64,000 bases of DNA from the NCBI GenBank assembly GCA_041577295.1, contig JBFGJG010000001.1, forward strand, positions 224,001 through 288,000, read 5' to 3'. Shown piece by piece: positions 10,451 to 19,496 of the stretch (its first letter is position 1; each line of letters starts with the position of its first letter). The notes under the pieces were generated by a model. That model worked only from the letters and a program-made list of their open reading frames with translations. It did no database searches and was not told the origin of the DNA. The position numbers were made by a program, and so were the translations under genes. Source of the stretch: Gemmatimonadales bacterium (lineage in GTDB: Bacteria > Gemmatimonadota > Gemmatimonadetes > Gemmatimonadales > GWC2-71-9).

Positions 10451-11806
10451 TCAGCCTCCGATCAGCCGAAACACGTCGTTCGTGATGACCAGGGCCATGA
10501 TGCCCAGCAACACGAGCAGCCCCACCTGTGTGAGTCGAATACGCAGAGCCTGGGAGAGGGGCTTTCCACGGACCCCTTCGAGGAAAAGAAATACCAGATG
10601 CCCTCCATCCAGTACCGGAATGGGAAGCAGGTTCAGGACGGCCAGGTTGAGCGAGAGGAAGGCCATGAAGGACACGAGCGAAGCGAGGCCGAGCCGTGCC
10701 ACCTGGCCGGAGACTTGGCCGATGAGGATTGGACCCCCGAGCTCCCGAAAGGAAACGTCCCCAAAGATCATCGCCTTCAGCGTAAACAGCACCGCCCGCG
10801 TGCGGTCCCATGTATCACGCGTCCCGACCACCACGGCTTGTGGGAGGGAATACACCACCTGCGTCTGGTAAATCGAAATGCCGATGCGCCCCACGCGCCG
10901 GGTCTCTCCGGTGGTGGGATCGACGTCCGTCTGCTCGACCGGCGCAACCTGCGCGGTGACAACCTGGCCGTTGCGGTCGATCCTCAGCATCAGCGTGTCG
11001 CCGACACGGCTCTCCACGGCGGCAACCAACTCGGTCCAACTCCGAATCGTATCACCGTCGATCCCGGTGATGAGGTCGCCCCGCTGGAGCCCGGCTGCGC
11101 TCGCGGGCTGGCCCGCAACCACACTCCCCACCCGTGGCTCCATCACGAACTCGAGCGCCTGGAGGATGGCCTCCCGCGCGGACGCACTCGTCCCGGGGAT
11201 CTCGAGGATGACTGCGTCCCGGCCGCGGAAATCGAACCGTAACCGGTCTCCACTGGGGTCGGCGATGGCTCGCACGACCGCGTCCAACGAGCGGACCGAA
11301 TCCCCGTTGATCTTCGTGATCTCCGTGCCATATGGCAGCGCCGTAAGCGCCTCGGCGCCTGGCGGGAGGGCCTCAGCCTCCACCGCTCCGATGGTGGTGG
11401 TGGGCGTCTCGAGCCGGCCACCCGCTGCTAGCACGACGTAGGCAACCCACGCAAACAAAAAGTTCATGATGACGCCGGCTGAGATAACGAGCACACGAGC
11501 TGGCAATGGCTTGTTCTCAAACAGCTTGTCCTCGGGGAAGTCCGGGGGCGTCTCTCCGCCCTCGAGAGCCGACATGCTCTCCTGCTCCTCCCGGGACGCC
11601 ATCTTCACATACCCACCCAACGGTACCCAGGCCACGATGTACTCGGTTTCTCCTCGCTGAAAGCGCAAGGGTGTGGCAGGACCAAAGCCGATCGAAAACC
11701 GCTGGACACCGATGCCCACACCTTTGGCGGCGATGAAATGGCCGAGCTCGTGAACGAAGATGAGAACGCCGAGGACGACGACCGTAACACCTATCGTGAG
11801 AAGCAC
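10451..11806 (-). CDS. rseP: RIP metalloprotease RseP
   Basis: HELGH, PDZ domains and NLLPIPVLDGGH. Confidence 0.95.
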   Translation of the reverse strand: MLLTIGVTVVVLGVLIFVHELGHFIAAKGVGIGVQRFSIGFGPATPLRFQRGETEYIVAWVPLGGYVKMASREEQESMSALEGGETPPDFPEDKLFENKPLPARVLVISAGVIMNFLFAWVAYVVLAAGGRLETPTTTIGAVEAEALPPGAEALTALPYGTEITKINGDSVRSLDAVVRAIADPSGDRLRFDFRGRDAVILEIPGTSASAREAILQALEFVMEPRVGSVVAGQPASAAGLQRGDLITGIDGDTIRSWTELVAAVESRVGDTLMLRIDRNGQVVTAQVAPVEQTDVDPTTGETRRVGRIGISIYQTQVVYSLPQAVVVGTRDTWDRTRAVLFTLKAMIFGDVSFRELGGPILIGQVSGQVARLGLASLVSFMAFLSLNLAVLNLLPIPVLDGGHLVFLFLEGVRGKPLSQALRIRLTQVGLLVLLGIMALVITNDVFRLIGG

Positions 11807-12927
11807 GCAGCCTCCGTTAGTTCTCGTGCTTCACGGTCCGCCGCCAGCACGGTTTCTAGGCTCGTGGCCTCCCTTGCGACGTGTGCCTCGAGCGCGTTGC
11901 CAATGATCTGGGGAATGGTGGAGAAACCGATCTGGCCATCCAGAAACGCCTGCACGGCCACTTCGTTGGCCGCGTTGAATACCGCCGGGGCCGTGCCACC
12001 CGTACGGCCCGCCTCTACGCCCAGCCGGAACGCTGGGAACACGTCGGCCCGCAGCGGCTCGAATGTCAGTGGGCCCGCGGCCACCGGATCGAACGGTGGC
12101 ACCCCCGTGTCGGGCAGCCGCTCGGGATAGGTGAGCGCGTAGAGAATGGGAAGTTCCATCGTTGGAAATCCGACCTGCGCCAACACCGAACCGTCGACGA
12201 ACTCTGCGAACGCGTGGACGATCGATTGCGGATGAATTACGACTTCGATCGCGTCATACCCAACGTCAAAGAGGTAGTGCGCCTCGATCACCTCCAACGC
12301 TTTGTTGGCAAGCGTCGCACTGTCCACGGTGATCTTCGGCCCCATGTTCCACGTCGGGTGTTGCAGCGCACCCTCCACCGTGACCTCACGAAGGCGCGTC
12401 GCGGGCCAATCCCGAAACGGACCGCCGGACCCCGTCAGGATCAATCGCCGCAGACGCGTAGGATCGCGATCGGTGAGGCACTGCAGCACCGCGCTATGTT
12501 CCGAATCCACTGGAACGATCTCGCCACCCCCAGCTCGTGCGGCTCCCCGCACGAGGTCGCCCGCCATGACCAGCGACTCTTTGTTCGCCAGCGCCACGCG
12601 CTTTCCCGCGTGCAAGGCAGCGAGCGTCGCGCGCAACCCCGCCGCACCAACCACGGCGTTGACCACAATGCGAACGTCGGGATGGGTCGCCGCCTCGATC
12701 AAGCATTCCGGTCCGACGCCGGAAACGGCCTCTCCCCCCACGTCCGCGCCGTTCACCAAGCCCGAGAACCCCGCGCCAACAGCCGCCACCTGCTCCTGGA
12801 GTCGGTCGACCGATCCAAACGCCGTGAGCGCCACCACGTGAAAGCGATCCCGTTGCCGTTCGAGGACACGCAACGTGCTCACACCAATGGAGCCGGTTGA
12901 CCCAAGGACCGCGACACCAATCGTCAT
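11791..12927 (-). CDS. dxr: 1-deoxy-D-xylulose-5-phosphate reductoisomerase
   Basis: LGSTGSIG, LANKES, PVDSEH and HPTWNMG motifs. Start moved to ATG 12927 (ATGA overlap with cdsA). Confidence 0.96.
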   Translation of the reverse strand: MTIGVAVLGSTGSIGVSTLRVLERQRDRFHVVALTAFGSVDRLQEQVAAVGAGFSGLVNGADVGGEAVSGVGPECLIEAATHPDVRIVVNAVVGAAGLRATLAALHAGKRVALANKESLVMAGDLVRGAARAGGGEIVPVDSEHSAVLQCLTDRDPTRLRRLILTGSGGPFRDWPATRLREVTVEGALQHPTWNMGPKITVDSATLANKALEVIEAHYLFDVGYDAIEVVIHPQSIVHAFAEFVDGSVLAQVGFPTMELPILYALTYPERLPDTGVPPFDPVAAGPLTFEPLRADVFPAFRLGVEAGRTGGTAPAVFNAANEVAVQAFLDGQIGFSTIPQIIGNALEAHVAREATSLETVLAADREARELTEAACFSR

Positions 12928-13784
12928 AGTGTTTGGAACGCCACGAAGAGCAGGACCGCCGTCGGAATGACCCAGTACAGAGAATCTAGCCGGTCGAGGA
13001 CACCGCCATGCCCCGGAAAGAACGTCCCGGAATCCTTGACTCCCGCCTCGCGTTTGAACAGGGACTCGCCGACATCGCCGACCTGACCCGCCACCGACAC
13101 CACCCCGCCAAAGATCACCAGCTGCCACAGAGGGATCGACACGCCCATGGGTGTCAGCACGAGCGCACCATAGAGAGGTGCCAGGAGAACAGCACCGACG
13201 CTCCCGGAAATCGCTCCAGCCCACGTCTTGTTGGGACTCAGCACGGGTGCCAGTTTTGGTCCCCCCACCAGTTTGCCTCCAGCCATCGCTAGGCTGTCGC
13301 ACACCCACGTCAAAACCAACGGCAAGAAGACGAGCCACGTGGCGGCCCAGGCTGATGGCCACGGCGCGCCGTGCCGCAAGACGAGCAGGAAGCTCGGCAA
13401 TCCTGCGGCATAGAGAACGCCGAAGATCGTAATTGCGACCGCCGCCAGAGGTTTCTCCGCCGGCGCACGGCTGGCCGCCGCCGCCGCCATCACGGCCATC
13501 AGCCACGCGGCGCCCAGCGCGGCGGCCAGCAGCGGTGACAGCCCGAGACCGTCGGGCAACGTCGCGAACGCGACGGCAGGAAGCAACGCCGCCCCCACAT
13601 AACCCACGCCTGCCAGAGGACGAACCCCTGACGTGCCGGCGAACCGGTAGACCTCGGCCGTACCAGCTACTGCAAGGACTGCAACCGTACCTACCAGCAC
13701 CCACTCCCCAACGTACACCACACCCAGGACCGCTGGAATGGCGATCGCCGCAACCAGAATTCGACGGGCGAGGTTGGCCGACAT
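12924..13784 (-). CDS. cdsA: Phosphatidate cytidylyltransferase
   Basis: SPNKTWAG and ES.FKR..GVKDSG..FPGHGGVLDRLDS; polytopic. Confidence 0.95.
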   Translation of the reverse strand: MSANLARRILVAAIAIPAVLGVVYVGEWVLVGTVAVLAVAGTAEVYRFAGTSGVRPLAGVGYVGAALLPAVAFATLPDGLGLSPLLAAALGAAWLMAVMAAAAASRAPAEKPLAAVAITIFGVLYAAGLPSFLLVLRHGAPWPSAWAATWLVFLPLVLTWVCDSLAMAGGKLVGGPKLAPVLSPNKTWAGAISGSVGAVLLAPLYGALVLTPMGVSIPLWQLVIFGGVVSVAGQVGDVGESLFKREAGVKDSGTFFPGHGGVLDRLDSLYWVIPTAVLLFVAFQTL

Positions 13785-13802
13785 GTGGCGTGGGTGGCCC
13801 CC

Positions 13803-14357
13803 TCAGACCTCCATGATCTCGGCTTCTTTTGCCTGGACGAGGCTCTCGATCTGCCCGATGAAGTCATCGTGCAGTTTTTGGACTTCGGACTCGCTGCGGT
13901 GTTTGTCGTCGTCCGACACGTGCTCGGTCTTCTTGATCTCGTTGATGGCCTCGTGGCGGGCGTGACGGACGGCGATTCGTCCCTCCTCCGCCAGCTTGCG
14001 GACGATCTTGACCAGCTCTTTGCGTCGCTCCTCGGTCAGCGGTGGGAGCGGGATACGAATCAGCGTGCCGTCATTGGCGGGATTCAACCCGAGGTCCGCT
14101 GTGAGCACGGCCTTCTCGATCGGACCGATCAACGACTTGTCCCACGGCTGGACCGTGAGCAGGCGCGGTTCTGGTGCGCTCACCGAGGCGACTTGGTTCA
14201 GCGGAAGTTGTTGGCCGTAGGCCTCGACCTTGACCGTGTCGAGCAAGCTCGTAGTCGCCTTGCCCGAGCGGATGGTGGACAGTTCACGCTTCGTGTTGTC
14301 CACCGCTTTCGCCATTTGTTGTCGCGAATCTTTGGTGATATCTGGTAAGGCAGTCAT
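13803..14357 (-). CDS. frr: Ribosome recycling factor
   Basis: IRSGKA and PPLTEERRKELVK motifs. Start ATG 14357 overlaps the pyrH stop. Confidence 0.96.
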   Translation of the reverse strand: MTALPDITKDSRQQMAKAVDNTKRELSTIRSGKATTSLLDTVKVEAYGQQLPLNQVASVSAPEPRLLTVQPWDKSLIGPIEKAVLTADLGLNPANDGTLIRIPLPPLTEERRKELVKIVRKLAEEGRIAVRHARHEAINEIKKTEHVSDDDKHRSESEVQKLHDDFIGQIESLVQAKEAEIMEV

Positions 14358-15067
14358 CGGACGATCGTGCCGAGGCGCTCGCCTTGGAGGACACGAGCGA
14401 TCGCCCCGCGCTGGTTGACGTTCATAACCACGATGGGTAAGTGATTTTCCTGGCACAGCCCGAAGGCATTGGCATCCATCACGCGCAGTCCCTGCACCAT
14501 CGCGTGGTGAAAGGAAAGCTCGGGTATGAACTCAGCCTTGGGGTCCTTCTTGGGATCTGCAGTATAGACGCCATCCACACTGGTTGCCTTGATCAAGACG
14601 TTGGCCTCGATCTCGAGGGCTCGCAACACAGCGGCGGAATCGGTCGAGAAGAAGGGATTGCCCGTGCCCCCAGCGAAGAGGAGAATCCGGCCCTTTTCGA
14701 GATGGCGTTGTGCGCGTCGGCGAATGTACGGCTCGGCCAGCTCCTCCATGCGAATCGCCGTCATTACCCGCGTTTGGACATTCTGCTGCTCGAGCATCTC
14801 TTGGAGAGCGAGGGCGTTGATCACCGTACCCAACATCCCCATGTAGTCCGCTGACACCCGATCCATCCCTTGCCGGCTTGCCTCGGCTCCGCGCACGATG
14901 TTGCCGCCGCCAACCACCACACCCAGCTCGACGCCGAGGCTGTGCACCTCTCGGATCTCCTCGACGAGTCGCTTGATCACTCCGAAGTCGAGCCCGAAGC
15001 CGCGCTCTCCGGCAAGCGCCTCGCCGGAGAGCTTGAGCATCGCCCGCCCATAGGCGAGCTCCGTCAT
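14354..15067 (-). CDS. pyrH: UMP kinase
   Basis: LKLSGEAL, GGGNIVRG and GTGNPFFSTD motifs. Confidence 0.97.
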   Translation of the reverse strand: MTELAYGRAMLKLSGEALAGERGFGLDFGVIKRLVEEIREVHSLGVELGVVVGGGNIVRGAEASRQGMDRVSADYMGMLGTVINALALQEMLEQQNVQTRVMTAIRMEELAEPYIRRRAQRHLEKGRILLFAGGTGNPFFSTDSAAVLRALEIEANVLIKATSVDGVYTADPKKDPKAEFIPELSFHHAMVQGLRVMDANAFGLCQENHLPIVVMNVNQRGAIARVLQGERLGTIVR

Positions 15068-15669
15068 TCCTGCTCGCCGAGCTGGAACCGCACGAAGCGC
15101 CGCACGATGATGTTCTCGCCAACCTTCCCCGATACGTTCTTGATGAGATCGGCAACGGTCATCGAGTCATCGCGGACGAAGTGCTGCTCGAGGAGCACGC
15201 GCTCCTGGTAGAACTTCTTGAGCTTTCCCTCAACGATCTTCGGCCACACCTTTTCCGGCTTGCCGGACTCGGCCGCTTGCTCTTCGTAGAGGCGGCGTTC
15301 CTTGCCGACCAGGGCTTCCGGAAGGTTGTCCACGGTCACCGCGAGCGGGTTGGCCGCGGCGACGTGCATCGCGAGATCCTTCGCCAGCGCTTGAAAATCC
15401 TCGGTCCGCGCCACGAAGTCGGTCTCGCAATTGAGCTCCACCAACACGGCGGTTTTTCCATCGTGGTGGATGTAGTGGCCGATCACGCCCTCACTGGCGC
15501 TCTTGCCGGCGCGCTTCTCCGCCTTGGCGATGCCCCGCTTTCGAAGCAGCTCGACAGCCTTATCCGCATCACCGCCCGTCTCTTCGAGGGCACGCTTGCA
15601 ATCCATCATGCCCGCCCCGGTCCGAGCCCGTAGCGCGCTCACATCTTTTGCAGAAATGGTCATTGGCAT
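15064..15669 (-). CDS. tsf: Elongation factor Ts (short, about 200-aa type)
   Basis: LRARTGAGMMDCK and ELNCETDFVA motifs; start at ATG 15669 or 15663. Confidence 0.95.
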   Translation of the reverse strand: MPMTISAKDVSALRARTGAGMMDCKRALEETGGDADKAVELLRKRGIAKAEKRAGKSASEGVIGHYIHHDGKTAVLVELNCETDFVARTEDFQALAKDLAMHVAAANPLAVTVDNLPEALVGKERRLYEEQAAESGKPEKVWPKIVEGKLKKFYQERVLLEQHFVRDDSMTVADLIKNVSGKVGENIIVRRFVRFQLGEQE

Positions 15670-15704
15670 GTGAAAACAATCACCTTGGGTTCGTGTACTC
15701 GTAC

Positions 15705-15746
15705 AAACCGCCGCCTCGCGCCGAGAATCAGCCCGAGAAGCGGCGG
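15705..15746 (-). terminator. Possible weak terminator/attenuator between rpsB and tsf
   Basis: ccgccgc/gcggcgg stem followed by TTTGT on the minus strand. Confidence 0.35.
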
Positions 15747-15786
15747 CACAGCTGTACAAACATCCGTGAGGCTGAATGCTCTGAGT

Positions 15787-16740
15787 CTATTCTTCTCCAG
15801 CCCCGCTTCGGGACTCACTGGCGGCTTTTGCCGTGTTCTCCTCACCATCGCTCTTCGACGGCCCAGCCTCGTCCCCCTCCCCACTCGCCTCCTCGCCTTC
15901 CTCGGACTGCTCCGTCTTGAGACGCGCCGCAATGGCCTCAGGCTTGGGCCGACGCTTCCGACGCGGGCGCTTACGGCGTCGCACGTCTTCATCGTCGCCT
16001 TCCTGGGGTTCGTAACTGCTGTACGCCTCCGACTCCGCCGCCACCTCCCGCACGGGCGCCTCCTTCCGTGCCTCAGCGATCATATCGACCAGCGCTTGGG
16101 TGATGAGGGAGACCGAGCGGATGGCGTCGTCGTTCCCCGGGATCGGAACGGTGATGAGGTCGGGATCAGCGTTGGTATCCACGATCGCGACCACCGGAAT
16201 GTTCAGCTTGTTCGCCTCGGCAATGGCAATGCGTTCCTTCTTCGCATCCACCACGAACATCGCGCCGGGCAACCGACCCATGTTCTTGATTCCCTCGAGG
16301 TTGCGATTGAGCTTTTGCCGTTCGCGTTCGAACAACAGTTGTTCCTTCTTCGTGAAAAACTCGAAAGCACCGTCCGAGAGGCCTTGCTCAATGTCCTTGA
16401 GCCGCCGGATCTGTTTCTTGATCGTCTGAAAATTGGTCAACGTGCCGCCCAGCCAACGCTCCGTCACGTAGTGCGCACCGCACCGTTCGGCTTCGGCTTT
16501 CACGATCATGTTGAGTTGCCGCTTGGTGCAGACGAAGAGCGGGGTATCCCCCCGCAGCACGACATCTCGCATCAGCTGTTGCGCCGAGTCGAGCTGGCGC
16601 AGCGTTTTCTGGAGATCGATGAGGTATATGCCGGACCGCTCGGCAAAAATGAAGCGGCGCATCTTCGGGTTCCACCGCCTGGTCTGGTGGCCGAAGTGCA
16701 CGCCGGCTTCGAGTAGATCTTGCAGCTGTGGTAGTGTCAT
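15787..16740 (-). CDS. rpsB: 30S ribosomal protein S2 with charged C-terminal extension
   Basis: LLEAGVHFGH, WNPKM, RWLGGTLTNF and PGNDDA motifs; start ATG 16740. Confidence 0.97.
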   Translation of the reverse strand: MTLPQLQDLLEAGVHFGHQTRRWNPKMRRFIFAERSGIYLIDLQKTLRQLDSAQQLMRDVVLRGDTPLFVCTKRQLNMIVKAEAERCGAHYVTERWLGGTLTNFQTIKKQIRRLKDIEQGLSDGAFEFFTKKEQLLFERERQKLNRNLEGIKNMGRLPGAMFVVDAKKERIAIAEANKLNIPVVAIVDTNADPDLITVPIPGNDDAIRSVSLITQALVDMIAEARKEAPVREVAAESEAYSSYEPQEGDDEDVRRRKRPRRKRRPKPEAIAARLKTEQSEEGEEASGEGDEAGPSKSDGEENTAKAASESRSGAGEE

Positions 16741-16751
16741 CTCCAACTTCC

Positions 16752-16833
16752 GTGGGTTAGGCTGCCACTGTCTTCGTCCCTCGCCACGATCCGACCTAAC
16801 GGTGGACACCCATGGCGAGGTCCGACAGTGTGA
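16752..16833 (-). ncRNA. rpsB (S2) leader cis-regulatory RNA, t44-like
   Basis: Minus strand reads CACACTGTC...GGGTG...GACAGTGG CAGCC TAACCC. Nested stems 16766-72/16824-30 and 16779-86/16813-20; same layout as the E. coli rpsB leader (recalled). Confidence 0.75.
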
Positions 16834-16845
16834 TTGATTTGTCGA

Positions 16846-17253
16846 CTAGCGCTTCGAAAACTGGAAGCGCTTCCGGGCGCCGGGCTGTCCCGGCTTTTTG
16901 CGCTCGACGGCCCGAGGATCTCTCGTCAGCAAGCCGTGGTCCCGCAGCTTGCGCCGATGGGTATCGTCCGCTCCCACCAATGCCCTTGCGATGCCGAGTC
17001 GGAGCGCACCTGCCTGCCCCGTCTGCCCACCGCCAGCCACCCGCGCCTTGACGTCAAACGCGCCAAGCGTGTCGGTCACCATAAAAGGCTGCTGGATGTG
17101 CTGCACCAGCGACTGACGTGGGAAGTAGTCTCCGAGCGTGCGTCCGTTGACCTCCCACTTGCCAGAACCCGGGGTCAAGTAGACTCGTGCCACGCTCGTC
17201 TTGCGGCGCCCGACCGCCTGCCACCGGAGTTCCGGCTGTACTGCGTTGGTCAT
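16846..17253 (-). CDS. rpsI: 30S ribosomal protein S9
   Basis: GRRKTSVARV, LLTRDPR.VERKKPG and QFSKR motifs. Confidence 0.98.
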   Translation of the reverse strand: MTNAVQPELRWQAVGRRKTSVARVYLTPGSGKWEVNGRTLGDYFPRQSLVQHIQQPFMVTDTLGAFDVKARVAGGGQTGQAGALRLGIARALVGADDTHRRKLRDHGLLTRDPRAVERKKPGQPGARKRFQFSKR

Positions 17254-17260
17254 CGTGGTC

Positions 17261-17695
17261 CTATCTGAGTTTGGTGGGCGAAGGACTCTGCGCTTGATGT
17301 GGATGCTCCGGACCGGCGTAGACCTTCAGGCGCTGCCTCAGCACCTGCCGTCCTAGCGTACCCTTTGGCAACATCCCAAAGACGGCTTTCTGAATGACTC
17401 GCTCGGGGTGCGTCGCCAGCATCTTGCTCGCCGGTGTAAACCGCGCGTGCCCCATGTATCCCGTGTGACGAAAATATTCTTTCTGGTTGAGCTTCCGGCC
17501 TGTGAGCCGCACCTTGTCCGCGTTCACGACGACAACGTAGTCCCCGCCATCGGCGTGCGGTGCAAACGTGGGCTTATGTTTCCCACGGATGAGCTGAGCT
17601 ACCTGGCTCGCGAGACGACCCAATACCATGCCCTCGGCGTCTACCAGGTGCCACTGATGCTCGAGCTCAGCTTGTTTTGGCACGTATGTTTTCAT
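17261..17695 (-). CDS. rplM: 50S ribosomal protein L13
   Basis: LGRLAS, GKHKP, GMLPK and HPHQAQ motifs. Confidence 0.98.
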   Translation of the reverse strand: MKTYVPKQAELEHQWHLVDAEGMVLGRLASQVAQLIRGKHKPTFAPHADGGDYVVVVNADKVRLTGRKLNQKEYFRHTGYMGHARFTPASKMLATHPERVIQKAVFGMLPKGTLGRQVLRQRLKVYAGPEHPHQAQSPSPTKLR

Positions 17696-17735
17696 CCTAA
17701 CCCACTATCCTAAGCCCAATAAAAGACAAGCTTTA

Positions 17736-17764
17736 ATGGTAGTGTGGCCCTCCATCCCGGTCAA
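17736..17764 (-). promoter_or_regulatory. sigma70-type promoter for the rplM-rpsI operon
   Basis: TTGACC-N17-TACCAT on the minus strand; the -35 box overlaps the upstream TGA stop. Confidence 0.65.
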
Positions 17765-18267
17765 CCCTCGGCCGCCCCTAATTCCACGAGCGCCACGCCT
17801 TTCTCAACTGCCTCTCCCGCCCCAACACGTATTCCCGTCACGACACCTGCGGTCGGCGCTGCGATTTCGTTTTCCATCTTCATCGCCTCGAGAACGAGCA
17901 ATCCCGTTCCCGCGGTAACGTGTTGTCCAACCTGGACCTCGACGCGGAGGACTAGGCCCGGCATCGGCGCCCGGACCACGGCACCGCCACCGGAGGACCC
18001 CTGCTTTGCCGCCATGTCTTGCAGCCGCCGGCTGCGCTCATCGAGCACCGTCACGGCAACTCGTTCACCGGCCCACTGCACAAGCCACGTTTCGCCCTCG
18101 CGCAACACGGCAAGGGTCCGTGAGCGCGAGCCGAGCACCAGCTGACTGAGCGGTGTGCTGGGGATTCCCACCAAGGATGCGGGCGCTGCGCGCCCGTCTA
18201 TATGCACGTCATCGCCGTTGATCTCGATGTCGAACGTGTGGTCGCCGATGGTTACCGCGTATTTCAC
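17761..18267 (-). CDS. Biotin carboxyl carrier protein subunit
   Basis: APMPG and EAMKMENE biotinylation motif. Confidence 0.92.
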   Translation of the reverse strand: MKYAVTIGDHTFDIEINGDDVHIDGRAAPASLVGIPSTPLSQLVLGSRSRTLAVLREGETWLVQWAGERVAVTVLDERSRRLQDMAAKQGSSGGGAVVRAPMPGLVLRVEVQVGQHVTAGTGLLVLEAMKMENEIAAPTAGVVTGIRVGAGEAVEKGVALVELGAAEG

Positions 18268-19496
18268 GCCGCCTCCAACACGACGACCGTTTCCACGTGA
18301 CTCGTCTGCGGAAACAGATCGTACGCCTGCACTGATCGTAGGTGGAGTGCGGGCATGCGGACGAGGTCGCGCGCCAGCGTGGCCGGATCACAAGACACGT
18401 ACACAAGGCGTGCGTGCGCACTCTCCCGTGCCCATCGGTCGAGGCAGGTTGCGACGCGACGGTGGAGGCCTTCACGAGGCGGGTTGACGACCACTGCGTG
18501 GGGTGGCGGCAGTCGATGCAACGCCTCTTCCGCCGGCGCGGCGATGTAACGCGAGGCCGCACGACCCGCGGACATCCCACGCCGTCTAGCCCACGCTACC
18601 GCGCTGCGATCGCGATCAACCAACCAGGCGTCTGCGCCATGCTCCACTAGGAGCTCGGCCGTGTCCCCCACACCGCCGTAGAGGTCCCACACGGTGCGCC
18701 CCGCGATTTCGCCAAGGCGTGCCACCGCGTCACGCCGGATGCGTTCCGCAAGGAGGGAGTTGACCTGCTCGAACGCAAGCGCCGGAAAGCCGGACTCGGG
18801 ACCGCTCATCACTCTGGCCGCGCCGTGGGGCGGCCGCCACCATAGGACGATTTCCGGATTCGCCAGCGCCTTCGCGAGGGGACTCGCGTCCCAGACATCA
18901 CCGTGGCCGCCGGCCAAGATCACGTGTGTACGCCCAGTCTGGTCTTCCCGCAAAACCACCGTCTTCGTGTCCGGCGGAAACAGATCGACGTGCTCGGCGA
19001 GTCGGCGCCAGACCGCAATGAGCGATTCCCTGGTTATGAGACAATCCTCGAGCACGAACACCGTTCCTGGACGCTCCAACGGATGCAGCCCGAAGTGCGT
19101 GCCGTCCCCGGCGAGCGTGATCTTCGTCCGGTATCGCCAAGAGTTGGGTGACGACACGATCTCCGGATCCGCAACCTGTCGTCGCCCTATTCGCCGGAGC
19201 GCGTCGCCAACGAGCCGCCGCTTGACCGCCTGCTGTGCCTCCGGCGCCAGGTGCTGAAGCTGGCAGCCGCCGCATTCATCCGCGACGTAGTGACGGCACC
19301 GGGGCCGCACTCGCAGTTCACTCGGCGTGATGAGGTTGACAAGGCGCGCGTGTGCGTGGCGTTTCTTGCGACGGGTGATCGCGACCTCCAGCACATCGCC
19401 CGGCGCTGCGCGAGGGACAAACACGGCCATGCCGTCGGCAAGGCGTCCCACACCCGCACCGCCCTGAGCAATCGTATCGATATGCACCTGATTCAT
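18264..19496 (-). CDS. RlmD/TrmA-family RNA (uracil-5)-methyltransferase with TRAM domain
   Basis: C..CGGC Fe-S motif, DLYGGVG, NPPREG, YVSCDPATLARD and FPQTSHVE. Start ATG 19496 (ATGA overlap). Confidence 0.88.
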   Translation of the reverse strand: MNQVHIDTIAQGGAGVGRLADGMAVFVPRAAPGDVLEVAITRRKKRHAHARLVNLITPSELRVRPRCRHYVADECGGCQLQHLAPEAQQAVKRRLVGDALRRIGRRQVADPEIVSSPNSWRYRTKITLAGDGTHFGLHPLERPGTVFVLEDCLITRESLIAVWRRLAEHVDLFPPDTKTVVLREDQTGRTHVILAGGHGDVWDASPLAKALANPEIVLWWRPPHGAARVMSGPESGFPALAFEQVNSLLAERIRRDAVARLGEIAGRTVWDLYGGVGDTAELLVEHGADAWLVDRDRSAVAWARRRGMSAGRAASRYIAAPAEEALHRLPPPHAVVVNPPREGLHRRVATCLDRWARESAHARLVYVSCDPATLARDLVRMPALHLRSVQAYDLFPQTSHVETVVVLEAA

